From positions 118,482,001-118,546,000 of the forward strand of contig OZ024744.1 of NCBI GenBank assembly GCA_964016885.1: a stretch of 64,000 nt of DNA, read 5' to 3'. Origin of the DNA: Eledone cirrhosa (taxonomy: Eukaryota). Under the pieces are notes generated by a model. The model worked only from the letters and a program-made list of their open reading frames with translations, did no database searches and had not been told where the DNA came from. Positions 22,701-37,700 of the stretch are shown here, piece after piece. Numbering within the stretch: position 1 is the first letter of the stretch; the number at the start of each line of letters is the position of its first letter. The position numbers were made by a program, and so were the translations under genes.

Positions 22701-25700
22701 GGTATTTTGTTCCATGGAGGTTTTAAAGGATGCAATTTCTCGACAGCTAATAAGTGATGCAGGTAGTTTGTTCCATGGAGCTTTTAAAGGATGCAGTGTC
22801 TCGACAGCTAACAACTGATGCAGGTAGTTTTTTCCATGGGTGATTTAAAGGATGCAGTGTATTGACAGCTAATAACTGATGCAGGTAGTTTGTTCCATGG
22901 GTGTTTTAAAGGATGCAGTGTCTCGACAGCTAACACCTGATGCAAGTAGTTTGTTCCATGGAGGTTTTAAAGGATGCAGTGTCTCGACAGCTAACACCAG
23001 ATGCAGGTAGTTTGTTCCATGGGTGTTTTAAAGGATGCAGTGTCTCGACAGCTAACAACTGATGCAGGTAGTTTCTTCCATATAGGTTTTAAAGGATGCA
23101 GTGTCTCGACAGCTAATAATTGATGCAGGGAATTTGTTCCATGGAGCTTTTAAAGGATGCAGTCTCTTGACAGCTAACAACTGATGCAGGGAGTTTGTTC
23201 CATGGAGCTTTTAAAGGATGCAGTGTCTCGACAGCTAATAACTGATGCAGGTAGTTTGTTCCATGGAGGTTTTAAAGGATGCAGTCTCTCAATAACTAAT
23301 AACTGATGCTGGTAGTTTGTTCCATCGAGGTTTTAAAGGATGCAGTGTCTCAACAGCGAACAACTGATGCAGGTAGTTTGTTCCATGGAAGTTTTAAAGG
23401 ATGCAGTGTCTCGACAGCTAACAACTGATGCAGGTAGTTTGGTCCATGGAGGTTTTAAAGGATGCAGTGTCTCGACAGCTAATAACTGATGCAGGTATTT
23501 TGTTCCATGGAGGTTTTAAAGGATGCAGTGTCTCGACAGCTTATAACTGATGCAGCGAGTTTGTTCCATGGAGGTTTTAAAGGATGCAGTGTATCAATAA
23601 CTAATAACTGATGCAGGTAGTTTGTTACATGGAGGTTTTAAAGATGCAGTGTCTTGTCAGCTAATATCTGATGCAGGTAGTTTGTTCCATGGAAGTTTTA
23701 AAGGATGCAGTGTCTCGACAGCTAATAACTTATGCAGGTAGCCTGTTCCATGGAGGTTTTAAAGGATGCAGTGTCTCGACAGCTAATAACCTATGCAGGT
23801 AGTTTCTTCCATGGAGGTTTTAAAGGATGTAGTCTCTCGACAGCTAACAACTGATGCATGTTGTCTGTTCCATTGAGGTTTTAAAGGATGCAGTGTCTTG
23901 ACAGCTAACAACTGATGCAGGTAGTTAGTTCCATGGAGGTTTTAAAGGATGCATTGTCTCAACAGCTTATAACTGATGCAGCAAGTTTGTTCCATGGAGG
24001 TTTTAAAGGATGCAGTGTATCGACAGTTAACAACTGATGCTGGTAGTCTGTTCCATGGAGCTTTTAAAGGATGCAGTATCTCGACAGCTAATAACTGATG
24101 CAGGTAGTTTGTTCCATGGAGGTTTTAAAGGATGCAGTGTCTCGACAGCTAACACCTGATGCAGGTAGTTTGTTCCATGGAGGTTTTAATGGATGCAGTG
24201 TCTCGACAGCTAACAACTGATGCAGGTAGTTTCTTCCATGGAGGTTTTAAAGGATGCAGTGTCTCGACAGCTAATAATTGATGCAGGGAATTTGTTCCAT
24301 GGAGGTTTTAAAGGATGCAGTGTCTCGACAGCTAACAACTGATGCAGGTAGTTTGTTCCATGGAGGTTTTAAAGGATGCAGTGTCTCGACAGCTAACACC
24401 TGATGCAGGTAGTTTGTTCCATGGGTGTTTTAAAGGATGCAGTATCTCGACAGCTGACAACTGATGCAGGTAGTTCCTTCCATGGAGGTTTTAAAGGATG
24501 CAGTGTCTCGACAGCTAATAATTAATGCAGGTAGTTTGTTCCATGGAAGTTTTAAAGGAGGCAGTGTCTCGACAGCTAATAACTTATGCAGGTAGTTTCT
24601 TCCATGGAGGTTTTAAAGATGCAGTGTCTCGACAGCTAATAACTGATGCAGGTATTTTGTTCCATGGAGGTTTTAAAGCATGCAGTATCTCGACTGCTAA
24701 CAAACGATGCTGGTAGTTTCTTCCATGGAGGTTTTAAAGGATGCAGTGTCTCGACAGCTAATAACTGATGCAGGTAATTTGTTCCATGGAGGTTTTAAAG
24801 GATGCAGTGTCTCGACAGCTAACAACTGATGCAGGTAGTTTGTTCCATGGAGGTTTTAAAGGATGCAGTGTCTCGACAGCTAACAACTGATGCAGGTAGT
24901 TTGTTCCATGGAGGTTTTAAAGGATGCAGTGTCTTGACAGCTAATAAATGATGCTGGTAGTTTGTTCCATGGAGGTTTTAAAGGATGTAGTGTCTCGACT
25001 GCTAATAACTGATGAAGGTAGTTTGTTCCATGGAGCTTTTAAAGGATGCAGTGTCTCAACAGCTAACAACTGATGCAGGTAGTTTGTTCCATGGAGGTTT
25101 TAAAGGATGCAGTGTCTCGACAGCTAACAACTGATGCAGGTAGTTTGTTCCATGGAGGTTTTAAAGGATGCAGTATCTTGACAGCTAATAACTGATGTAG
25201 GTATTTTGTTCCATGGAGGTTTTAAAGGATGCAGTGTCTCGACTGCTAATAACTGATGCAGGTAGTTTGTTCCATGGAGTTTTTAAAAGATGCAGTGTCC
25301 CAACAGCTAACAACTGATGCAGGTAGTTTGTTCCATGAAGGTTTTAAAGGATGCAGTGTCTCAATAACTAATAACTGATGCTGGTAGTTTGTTCCATGGA
25401 GGTTTTAAAGGAGGCAGTGTCTCGACAGCTAACAACTGATGCATGTTGTCTGTTCCATGGAGGTTTTAAAGGAAGCAGTGACTCGACAACTAATATATGA
25501 TGCAGGTAGTTTGTTCCATGGAGGTTTAAAAGAATGCAGTGTCTCGAGAGCTAATCACTGATGCAGGTAGTTTGTTCCATGGAGCTCTTAAAGGATGCAG
25601 TGTCTCAATAACTAACAACTGATGCAGGTAGTTTGTTCGATGGAGGTTTTAAAGGATGCAGTGTCTCGGCAGCTAATCACTGATGCAGGGAGTTTGTTCC

Positions 25701-28700
25701 ATGGAAGTTTTAAAGGATGCAGTGTCTCGACAGCTAAAAACTGATGCAGGTAGTCTGTTCCATGGAGGTTTTAAAGGATGCAGTGTCTAGACAGCTAACA
25801 ACTGATGCAGGTAGTCTGTTCCATGGAGGTTCGAAAGGATGCAGTGTCTCGACAGCTAACAACTGATGCATGGAGTTTGTTCCATGGAGGTTTTAAAGGA
25901 TGCAGTGTCTTGACTGCTAATAACAGATGCAGGTAGTTTGTTCCATGGAAGTTTTAAAGAATGCAGTGTCTCGACAAATAATAACTGATGCAGGTAGTTT
26001 GTTCCATGGAGGTTTTAAAGGATGCAGTGTCTCGACAGCTAACAACTGATGCAGGTAGTTTGTTCCATGGAAGTTTTAAAGATGCAGTGTCTTGACAGCT
26101 AATAACTGATGCAGGTAGTTTGTTCCATGGAAGTTTTAAAGATGCAGTGTCTTGACAGCTAATAACTGATGCAGGTAGTCTGTTCCATGGAGGTTTTAAA
26201 GGATGCAGTGTCTTGACAGCTATAAACTGATGCAGGTAGTTTGTTCCATGGAAGTTTTAAAGATGCAGTGTCTCGACAGCTAATAACTGATGCATGTAGT
26301 TTGTTCCATGGAGGTTTTGAAGGATGTAGTGTCTAGACAGCTAATAAATGATGCTGGTAGTTTCTTCCATGGAGGTTTTAAAGGATGCAGTATATCGACA
26401 GCTAATAACTGATGCAAGTAGTTTGTTCCATGGAGGTTTTAAAGGATGCGGTGTCTCGATAGCTAACAACTGATGCAGCGAGTTTGTTCCATGGAAGTTT
26501 TAAAAAATGCAGTGTCTCCACAGCTAATAAATGATGTTAGTAGTTTGTTACATGGGGGTTTTAAAGGATGCAGTGTCTCGACAGCTAACAACTGATGCAG
26601 GGAGTTTGTTCCATGGAGGTTTTAATGGATGCAGTGTCTCGACAGCTAACAACTGATGCAGGTAGTCTGTTCCATGGAGGTTTTAAAGGATGCAGTGTCT
26701 CGACAGCTAACAACTGATGCATGTAGTTTGTTCCATGGAGGTTTTAAAGATGCAGTGTCTCGACAGCTAATAATTGATGCAGGGAATTTGTTCCATGGAG
26801 CTTTTAGAGGATGCAGTGTCTCAACAGCTAACAACTGATGCAGGTAGTTTGTTCCATGGGTGTTTTAAAGGATGCAGTGTCTCGACAGCTAACAACTGAT
26901 GCAGGTAGTTTCTTCCATGGATCTTTTAAAGGATGCAGTGTCTCGACAGCTAATAATTGATGCAGGGAATTTGTTCCATGGAGCTTTTAAAGGATGCAGT
27001 CTCTCGACAGCTAACAACTGATGCAGGGTGTTTGTTCCATGGATATTTTAAAGGATGCAGTGTCTCGACAGCTAATAACTGATGCAGGTAGTTTGTTCCA
27101 TGGAGGTTTTAAAGGATGCAGTGTCTCGACAGCTAACTGATGCAGGTATTTTGTTCCATGGAGGCTTTAAAGGATGCAGTCTCTCGACAGCTAATAACTG
27201 ATGCAGGTAGATTGTTGCATGTAGGTTTTAAAGGATGCAGTGTCTCGACAGTTAACAACTGATGCAGGTAGTTTTTTCCATTGGTGTTTTAAAGGATGCA
27301 GTGTCTTGACAGCTAATAATTGATGCATGTTGTCTGTTCCATGGAGGTTTTAAAGGATGCAGTGTCTCGACAGCTAATAACTGATGGAGGTAGTTTGTTC
27401 CATGGAAGTTTTAAAGGATGCAGTGTCTCGACAGCTAATAACTGATGCAGGTAGTTTGTTCCATGGGGGTTTTAAAGGATGCAGTGTCTCGACAGCTAAC
27501 AACTGATGCAGGTAGTTTGTTCCATGGAGATTTTAAAAGATGCAGTGTCTCGACAGCTAACAACTTATGCAGGTAGTTTGTTCCATGGAGGTTTTAAAGG
27601 ATGCAGTGTCTCGACAGCTAATAAATAATGCTGGTAGTTTCTTCCATGGAGGTTTTAAAGGATGCAGTATCTCGACAGCTAACAACTGATGCAGGTAGTC
27701 TGTTCTATGGAGGTTTTAAAGGATGCAGTGTCTCGACAGCTAACAACTTATGCAGGTAGTTTGTTCCATGGAGGTTTTAAAGGATGCAGTGTCTCAACAG
27801 CTAATAAATGATGCTGGTAGTATGTCCATGGAGGTTTTAAAGGATGCAGTGTCTCGACAGCTAATAACTGATGCAGGTAGTCTGTTCTATGGAGGTTTTA
27901 AAGGATGCAGTATCTCGACAGCTAACAACTGATGCAGGTAGTCTGTTCTATGGAGGTTTTAAAGGATGCAGTGTCTCGACAGCTAACAACTTATGCAGGT
28001 AGTTTGTTCCATGGAGGTTTTAAAGGATGCAGTGTCTCGACAGCTAATAAATGATGCTGGTAGTTTCTTCCATGGAGGTTTTAAAAGATGCAGTGTCTCG
28101 AGCGCTAACAACTGATGCAGGTAGTTTGTTCCATGGAGGTTTTAAAGGATGCAGTGTCTCGACAGCTAACACCAGATGCAGGTAGTTTGTTCCATGGGTG
28201 TTTTAAAGGATGCAGTGTCACGACAGCTAACAACTGATGCAGGTAGTTTCTTCCATATAGGTTTTAAAGGATGCAGTGTCTCGACAGCTAATAATTGATG
28301 CAGGGAATTTGTTCCATGGAGGTTTTAAAGATGCAGTGTCTTGACAGCTAATATCTGATGCAGGTAGTTTGTTTCATGGAAGTTTTAAAGGATGCAGTGT
28401 CTCGACAGCTAATAACTGATGCAGGTAGCCTGTTCCATGGAGGTTTTAAAGGATGCAGTGTCTCGACAGCTAATAACCTATGCAGGTAGTTTGTTCCATG
28501 GAGGTTTTAAAGGATGTAGTGTCTCGACAGCTAACAACTGATGCATGTTGTCTGTTCCATTGAGGTTTTAAAGGTTGCAGTGTCTCGACAACTAACAACT
28601 GATGCAGGTAGTTTGTTCCATGGAGATTTTAAAGATGCAGTGTCTCGACAGCTAATAACTGATGCAGGTAGTTTGTTCCAAGGAAGTTTTAAAGGATGCA

Positions 28701-31700
28701 GTGTCTCGACAGCTAATAACTGATGCAGGTAGCCTGTTCCATGGAGGTTTTAAAGGATGCAGTGTCTCGACAGCTAATAACCTATGCAGGTAGTTTCTTC
28801 CATGGAGGTTTTAAAGGATGTAGTGTCTCGACAGCTAACAACTGATGCATGTTGTCTGTTCCATTGAGGTTTTAAAGGTTGCAGTGTCTCGACAACTAAC
28901 AACTGATGCAGGTAGTTTGTTCCATGGAGATTTTAAAGATGCAGTGTCTCGACAGCTAATAACTGATGCAGGTAGTCTGTTCCATGGAGCTTTTAAAGGA
29001 TGCAGTGTCTCAATAACTAATAACTGATGCTGGTAGTTTGTTCCATCGAGGTTTTAAAGGATGCTGTGTCTTGACAGCTAATAACTGATGCAGGTATTTT
29101 GTTCCATTGAGGTTTTAAAGGATGCAGTCTCTCAATAACTAATAACTGATGCTGGTAGTTTGTTCCATCGAGGTTTTAAAGGATGTAGTGTCTCGACAGC
29201 TAACAACTGATGCATGTTGTCTGTTCCATTGAGGTTTTAAAGGATGCAGTGTCTCGACGGCTAACAACTGATGCAGGTAGTTTGTTCCATGGAGGTTTTA
29301 AAGGATGCATTTTCTCAACAGCTTATAACTGATGCAGCAAGTCTGTTCCATGGAGGTTTTAAAGGATGCAGTGTCTCGACAACTAACAACTGATGCTGGT
29401 AGTCTGTTCCATGGAGCTTTTAAAGGATGCAGTATCTCGACAGCTAACAACTGATGCAGGTAGTTTGTTCCACGGAGGTTTTAAAGGATGCAGTGTCTCG
29501 ACAGCTAACACCTGATGCAGGTAGTTTGTTCCATGGAGGTTTTAAAGGATGCAGTGTCTCGACAGCTAACAACTGATGCAGGTAGTTTCTTCCATGGAGG
29601 TTTTAAAGGATGCAGTGTCTCGACAGCTAATAATTGATGCAGGGAATTTGTTCCATGGAGGTTTTAAAGGATGCAGTGTCTCGACAGCTAACAACTGATG
29701 CAGGTAGTTTGTTCCATGGAGGTGTTAAAGGATGCAGTGTCTCGACAGCTAACACCTGATGCAGGTAGTTTGTTCCATGGGTGTTTTAAAGGATGCAGTA
29801 TCTCGACAGCTAACAACTGATGCAGGTAGTTCCTTCCATGGAGGTTTTAAAGGATGCAGTGTCTCGACAGCTAATAATTGATGCAGGGAATTTGTTCCAT
29901 GGAGCTTTTAAAGGATGCAGTCTCTTGACAGCTAATAACTGATGCAGGTAGTTTGTTCCATGGAAGTTTTAAAGGATTCAGTGTCTCGACAGCTAACAAC
30001 TGATGCAAGTAGTCTGTTCCATGGAGATTTTAAAGGATGCAGTGTCTCAACAGCTACTAACTTATGCAGGTAGTTTCTTCCATGGAGGTTTTAAAGGATG
30101 CAGTGTCTCGACAGCTAATAAATGATGCTGGTAGTTTCTTCCATGGAGGTTTTAAAGGATGCAGTATCTCGACAGCTAACAACTGATGCAGGTAGTCTGT
30201 TCTATGGAGGTTTTAAAGGATGCAGTGTCTCGACAGCTAACAACTTATGCAGGTAGTTTGTTCCATGGAGGTTTTAAAGGATGCAGTGTCTCAACAGCTA
30301 ATAAATGATGCTGGTAGTATGTCCATGGAGGTTTTAAAGGATGCAGTGTCTCGACAGCTAATAACTGATGCAGGTAGTCTGTTCTATGAGGTTTTAAAGG
30401 ATGCAGTATCTCGACAGCTAACAACTGATGCAGGTAGTCTGTTCTATGGAGGTTTTAAAGGATGCAGTGTCTCGACAGCTAACAACTTATGCAGGTAGTT
30501 TGTTCCATGGAGGTTTTAAAGGATGCAGTGTCTCGACAGCTAATAAATGATGCTGGTAGTTTCTTCCATGGAGGTTTTAAAGGATGCAGTGTCTTGAGCG
30601 CTAACAACTGATGCAGGTAGTTTGTTCCATGGAGGTTTTAAAGGATGCAGTGTCTTGACAGCTAACAACTGATGCAGGTAGTTTGTTCCATGGAGGTTTT
30701 AAAGGATGCAGTGTCTCGACAGCTAACAACTGATGCAGGTAGTTTGTTCCATGGAGGTTTTAAAAAATGCAGTGTCTCGACAGCTAATAAATGATGCTAG
30801 TAGTTTGTTCCATGGAGGTTTTAAAGGATGCAGTGTCTCGACAGCTAACACCAGATGCAGGTAGTTTGTTCCATGGGTGTTTTAAAGGATGCAGTGTCTC
30901 GACAGCTAACAACTGATGCAGGTAGTTTCTTCCATATAGGTTTTAAAGGATGCAGTGTCTCGACAGCTAATAATTGATGCAGGGAATTTGTTCCATGGAG
31001 CTTTTAAAGGATGCAGTCTCTTGACAGCTAACAACTGATGCAGGGAGTTTGTTCCATGGAGCTTTTAAATGATGCAGTGTCTCGACAGCTAATAACTGAT
31101 GCAGGTAGTTTGTTCCATGGAGGTTTTAAAGGATGCAGTGTCTTGACAGCTAATATCTGATGCAGGTAGTTTGTTCCATGGAAGTTTTAAAGGATGCAGT
31201 GTCTCGACAGCTAATAACTGATGCAGGTAGCCTGTTCCATGGAGGTTTTAAAGGATGCAGTGTCTCGACAGCTAATAACCTATGCAGGTAGTTTCTTCCA
31301 TGGAGGTTTTAAAGGATGTAGTGTCTCGACAGCTAACAACTGATGCATGTTGTCTGTTCCATTGAGGTTTTAAAGGTTGCAGTGTCTCGACAACTAACAA
31401 CTGATGCAGGTAGTTAGTTCCATGGAGGTTTTAAAGATGCAGTATCTCGACAGCTAATAACTGATGCAGGTAGTTTGTTCCATGGAAGTTTTAAAGGATG
31501 CAGCGTCTCGACAGCTAATAACTGATGCAGGTAGTTTGTTCCATGGAGGTTTTAAAGGATGCAGTGTCTCGACAGCTAACAACTGATGCAGGTAGTTTGT
31601 TCCATGGAGGTTTTAAAAAATGCAGTGTCTCGACAGCTAATAAATGATGCTAGTAGTTTGTTCCATGGAGGTTTTAAAGGATGCAGTGTCTCGACAGCTA

Positions 31701-34700
31701 ACACCAGATGCAGGTAGTTTGTTCGATGGGTGTTTTAAAGGATGCAGTGTCTCGACAGCTGACAACTGATGCAGGTAGTTTCTTCCATGGAGGTTTTAAA
31801 GGATGCAGTGTCTCGACAGCTAATAATTGATGCAGGGAATTTGTTCCATGGAGCTTTTAAAGGATGCAGTCTCTTGACAGCTAATAACTGATGCAGGTAG
31901 TTTGTTCCATGGAAGTTTTAAAGGATTCAGTGTCTCGACAGCTAATAACTAATGCAAGTAGTCTGTTCCATGGAGATTTTAAAGGATGCAGTGTCTCAAC
32001 AGCTACTAACTTATGCAGGTAGTTTCTTCCATGGAGGTTTTAAAGGATGCAGTGTCTCGACAGCTAATAAATGATGCTGGTAGTTTCTTCCATGGAGGTT
32101 TTAAAGGATGCAGTATCTCGACAGCTAACAACTGATGCAGGTAGTCTGTTCTATGGAGGTTTTAAAGGATGCAGTGTCTCGACAGCTAACAACTTATGCA
32201 GGTAGTTTGTTCCATGGAGGTTTTAAAGGATGCAGTGTCTCAACAGCTAATAAATGATGCTGGTAGTATGTCCATGGAGGTTTTAAAGGATGCAGTGTCT
32301 CGACAGCTAATAACTGATGCAGGTAGTCTGTTCTATGGAGGTTTTAAAGGATGCAGTATCTCGACAGCTAACAACTGATGCAGGTAGTCTGTTCTATGGA
32401 GGTTTTAAAGGATGCAGTGTCTCGACAGCTAACAACTTATGCAGGTAGTTTGTTCCATGGAGGTTTTAAAGGATGCAGTGTCTCGACAGCTAATAAATGA
32501 TGCTGGTAGTTTCTTCCATGGAGGTTTTAAAGGATGCAGTGTCTTGAGCGCTAACATCTGATGCAGGTAGTTTGTTCCATGGAGGTTTTAAAGGATGCAG
32601 TGTCTCGACAGCTAACAACTGATGCAGGTAGTTTGTTCCATGGAGGTTTCAAAGGATGCAGTGTCTCGACAGCTAACAACTGATGCAGGTAGTTTGTTCC
32701 ATGGAGGTTTTAAAAAATGCAGTGTCTCGACAGCTAATAAATGATGCTAGTAGTTTGTTCCATGGAGGTTTTAAAGGATGCAGTGTCTCGACAGCTAACA
32801 CCAGATGCAGGTAGTTTGTTCCATCGGTGTTTTAAAGGATGCAGTGTCTCGACAGCTAACAACTGATGCAGGTAGTTTCTTCCATATAGGTTTTAAAGGA
32901 TGCAGTGTCTCGACAGCTAATAATTGATGCAGGGAATTTGTTCCATGGAGCTTTTAAAGGATGCAGTCTCTTGACAGCTAACAACTGATGCAGGGAGTTT
33001 GTTCCATGGAGCTTTTAAATGATGCAGTGTCTCGACAGCTAATAACTGATGCAGGTAGTTTGTTCCATGGAGGTTTTAAAGGATGCAGTGTCTTGACAGC
33101 TAATAACTGATGCAGGTATTTTGTTCCATTGAGGTTTTAAAGGATGCAGTCTCTCAATAACTAATAACTGATGCTGCTAGTTTGTTCCATCGAGGTTTTA
33201 AAGGATGCAGTGTCTCAACAGCTAACAACTGATGCAGGTAGTTTGTTCCATGGAGGTTTTATAGTATGCAGTGTCTCGACAGCTAACAACTGATGCAGGT
33301 AGTTTGGTCCATGGAGGTTTTAAAGGATGCAGTGTCTCGACAGCTAATAACTGATGCAGGTATTTTGTTCCATGGAGGTTTTAAAGGATGCAGTGTCTCG
33401 ACAGCTTATAACTGATGCAGCGAGTTTGTTCCATGGAGGTTTTAAAGGATGCAGTGTATCAATAACTAATAACTGATGCAGGTAGTTTGTTCCATGGAGG
33501 TTTTAAAGATGCAGTGTCTTGACAGCTAATATCTGATGCAGGTAGTTTGTTCCATGGAAGTTTTAAAGGATGCAGTGTCTCGACAGCTAATAACTGATGC
33601 AGGTAGCCTGTTCCATGGAGGTTTTAAAGGATGCAGTGTCTCGACAGTTAATAACCTATGCAGGTAGTTTCTTCCATGGAGGTTTTAAAGGATGTAGTGT
33701 CTCGACAGCTAACAACTGATGCATGTTGTCTGTTCCATTGAGGTTTTAAAGGTTGCAGTGTCTCGACAACTAACAACTGATGCAGGTAGTTAGTTCCATG
33801 GAGGTTTTAAAGATGCAGTATCTCGACAGCTAATAACTGATGCAGGTAGTTTGTTCCATGGAAGTTTTAAAGGATGCAGTGTCTCGACAGCTAATAACTG
33901 ATGCAGGTAGTTTGTTCCATGGAGGTTTTAAAGGATGCAGTGTCTCGACGGCTAACAACTGATGCAGGTAGTTTGTTTCATGGAGGTTTTAAAAAATGCA
34001 GTGTCTCGACAGCTAATAAATGATGCTAGTAGTTTGTTCCATGGAGGTTTTAAAGGATGCAGTGTCTCGACAGCTGACACCAGATGCAGGTAGTTTGTGC
34101 CATGGGTGTTTTAAAGGATGCAGTGTCTCGACAGCTAACAACTGATGCAGGTAGTTTCTTCCATATAGGTTTTAAAGGATGCAGTGTCTCGACAGCTAAT
34201 AATTGATGCAGGGAATTTGTTCCATGGAGCTTTTAAAGGATGCAGTCTCTTGACAGCTAACAACTGATGCAGGGAGTTTGTTCCATGGAGCTTTTAAAGG
34301 ATGCAGTGTCTCGACAGCTAATAACTGATGCAGGTAGTTTGTTCCATGGAGGTTTTAAAGGATGCAGTGTCTTGACAGCTAATAACTGATGCAGGTATTT
34401 TGTTCCATTGAGGTTTTAAAGGATGCAGTCTCTCAATAACTAATAACTGATGCTGCTAGTTTGTTCCATCGAGGTTTTAAAGGATGCAGTCTCTTGACAG
34501 CTAACAACTGATGCAGGTAGTTTCTTCCATGGAGGTTTTAAAGGATGTAGTGTCTCGACAGCTAACAACTGATGCATGTTGTCTGTTCCATTGAGGTTTT
34601 AAAGGTTGCAGTGTCTCGACAACTAACAACTGATGCAGTTAGTTTGTTCCATGGAAGTTTTAAAGGATGCAGTGTCTCGACAGCTAATAACTGATGCAGG

Positions 34701-37700
34701 TAGTCTGTTCCATGGAGGTTTTAAAGGATGCAGTGTCTCAATAACTAATAACTGATGCTGGTAGTTTGTTCCATCGAGGTTTTAAAGGATGCAGTGTCTT
34801 GACAGCTAATAACTGATGCATGTTGTCTGTTCCATGGAGGTTTTAAAGGATGCAGTGTCTCGACGGCTAACAACTGATGCAGGTAGTTTGTTCCATGGAG
34901 GTTTTAAAGGATGCATTTTCTCAACAGCTTATAACTGATGCAGCAAGTCTGTTCCATGGAGGTTTTAAAGGATGCAGTGTCTCGACAGTTAACAACAGAT
35001 GCTGGTAGTCTGTTCCATGGAGATTTTAAAGGATGCAGTGTCTCGACAGCTAATAACTGATGCAGGTAGTTTGTTCCATGGAGGTTTTAAAGGATGCAGT
35101 GTCTCGACAGCGAATAACTGATGCTGGTAGTTTGTTCCATGGAGGTGTTAAAGATGCAGTGTCTCGACAGCTAATAATTGATGCAGGTAGTTTGTTCCAT
35201 GGAGGTTTTAAAGGATGCAGTGTCTCGACAATTAACAACTGATGCAGGTAGTCTGTTCCATGGAGCTTTTAAAGGATGCAGTGTCTCGACAGCTAATAAC
35301 TGATGCAGGTAGTTTGTTCCATGGAGGTTTTAAAGGATGCAGTGTCTCGACAGCTAATAATTGATGCAGGTAGTTTGTTCCATGGAGGTTTTAAAGATGC
35401 AGTGTCTCGACAGCTAATAACTGATGCAGGTAGTTTGTTCCATGGAGGTTTTAAAGGATGCAGTGTCTCGACAGCTAACAACTGATGCAGGTAGTTTGTT
35501 CCATGGAGGTTTTAAAGATGCAGTGTCTCGACAGCTAATAATTGATGCAGGGTATTTGTTCCATGGAGCTTTTAAAGGATGCAGTCTCTTGACAGCTAAC
35601 AACTGATGCAGGTAGTTTGTTCCATAGAGGTTTTAAAGGATGCAGTGTCACAACAGCTTATAACTGATGCAGGTAGTTTGTTCCATGGAGGTTTTAAAGG
35701 ATGCAGTGTCTCGACAGCTAATAACTGATGCAGGTATTTTGTTCCATTGAGGTTTTAAAGGATGCAGTCTCTCGACAGCTAATAACTGATGCAGCTAGTT
35801 TGTTCCATGGCGGTTTTAAAGGATGCAGTGTCTTGACAGCTAATAAATGATGCTGGTAGTTTGTTCCATGGAGGTTTTAAAGGATGCAATGTCTCGACAG
35901 CTAATAACTGATGCAAGTAGTTTGTTGCATGGAGCTTTTAAAGGATGCAGTGTCTCGACAGCTAATAATTGATGCATGGAATTTGTTCCATGGAGCTTTT
36001 AAAGGATGCAGTCTCTTGACAGATAACAACTGATGCAGGGAGTTTGTTCCATGGAGCTTTTAAAGGATGCAGTGTCTCGACAGCTAATAACTGATGCAGG
36101 TAGTTTGTTCCATGGAGCTTTTAAAGGATGCAGTGTCTCGACAGCTAATAATTGATGCAGGGAATTTGTTCCATGGAGCTTTTAAAGGATGCAGTCTCTT
36201 GACAGTTAACAACTGATGCAGGGAGTTTGTTCCATGGAGCTTTTAAAGGATGCAGTGTCTCGACAGCTAACAACTGATGCAGGTAGTTTGGTCCATGGAG
36301 GTTTTAAAGGATGCAGTGTCTTGACAGCTAATAACTGATGCAGGTAGTTTGTTCCATGGAAGTTTTAAAGGATGCAGTGTGTCGACAGCTAATAACTGAT
36401 GCAAGTAGTCTGTTCCATGGAGATTTTAAAGGATGCAGTGTCTCAAGAGCTAATAACTTATGCAGGTAGTCTGTTCCATGGAGGTTTTAAAGGATGCAGT
36501 GTCTCGACAGCTAATAAATGATGCTGGTAGTTTCTTCCATGGTGCTTTTAAAGGATGCAGTGTCTCGACAGCTAATAACTGATGCAGGTAGTTTGTTCTA
36601 TGGAGGTTTTAAAGGATGCAGTCTCTTGACAGCTAACAACTGATGCAGCCACTTTGTTCCATGGAGGTTTTAAAAAATGCAGTGTCTCGACAGCTAATAA
36701 ATGATGCTAGTAGTTTGTTCCATGGAGGTTTTAAAGGATGCAGTGTCTCGACAGCTAACAACTGATGCAGGTAGTTTGTTCCATGGCGGTTTTAAAGATT
36801 GCAGCGTCTCGACAGCTAATAACTGATGTAGGTAGTTTGTTCCATGGAGGTTTTAAAGAATGCAGTGTCTCGACAGTTAACAACTGATGCAGGTAGTCTG
36901 TTCCATGGAGCTTTTAAAGGATGCAGTGTCTCGACAGCTAATAACTGATGCAGGTAGTTTGTACCATGGAGGTTTTAAAGGATGCAGTGTCTCGACAGCT
37001 AATAACTTATGCAGGTAGTTTGTTCCATGGGGGTTTTAAAGGATGCAGTGTCTCGACAGCTAACAACTGATGCAGGTAGTTTCTTCCATGGAGGTTTTAA
37101 AGATGCAGTGTCTCGACAGCTAATAATTGATGCAGGGTATTTGTTCCATGGAGCTTTTAAAGGATGCAGTCTCTTGACAGCTAACAACTGATGCAGGTAG
37201 TTTGTTCCATGGAGGTTTTAAAGGATGCAGTGTCACAACAGCTTATAACTGATGCAGGTATTTTGTTCCATTGAGGTTTTAAAGGATGCAGTGTCTTGAC
37301 AGCTAATAAATGATGTTGGTAGTTTGTTCCATGGAGGTTTTAAAGGATGCAGTGTCTCGACAGCTAATAACTGATGCAGGTAGTTTGTTCCATGGAGGTT
37401 TTAAAGGATGCAGTGTCTCAATAACTAACAACTGATGCAGCGAGTTTGGTGCATGGAAGTTTTAAAGGATGCAGTGTCTCGACAGCTAATAACTGATGCA
37501 GGTATTTTGTTCCATGGAGGTTTTAAAGGATGCAATTTCTCGACAGCTAATAACTGATGCAGGTAGTTTGTTCCATGGAGCTTTTAAAGGATGCAGTGTC
37601 TCGACAGCTAACAACTGATGCCGCGACTTTGTTCCATGGAGGTTTTAAAAAATGCAGTGTCTCGACAGCTAATAATTGATGCTAGTAGTTTGTTCCATGG

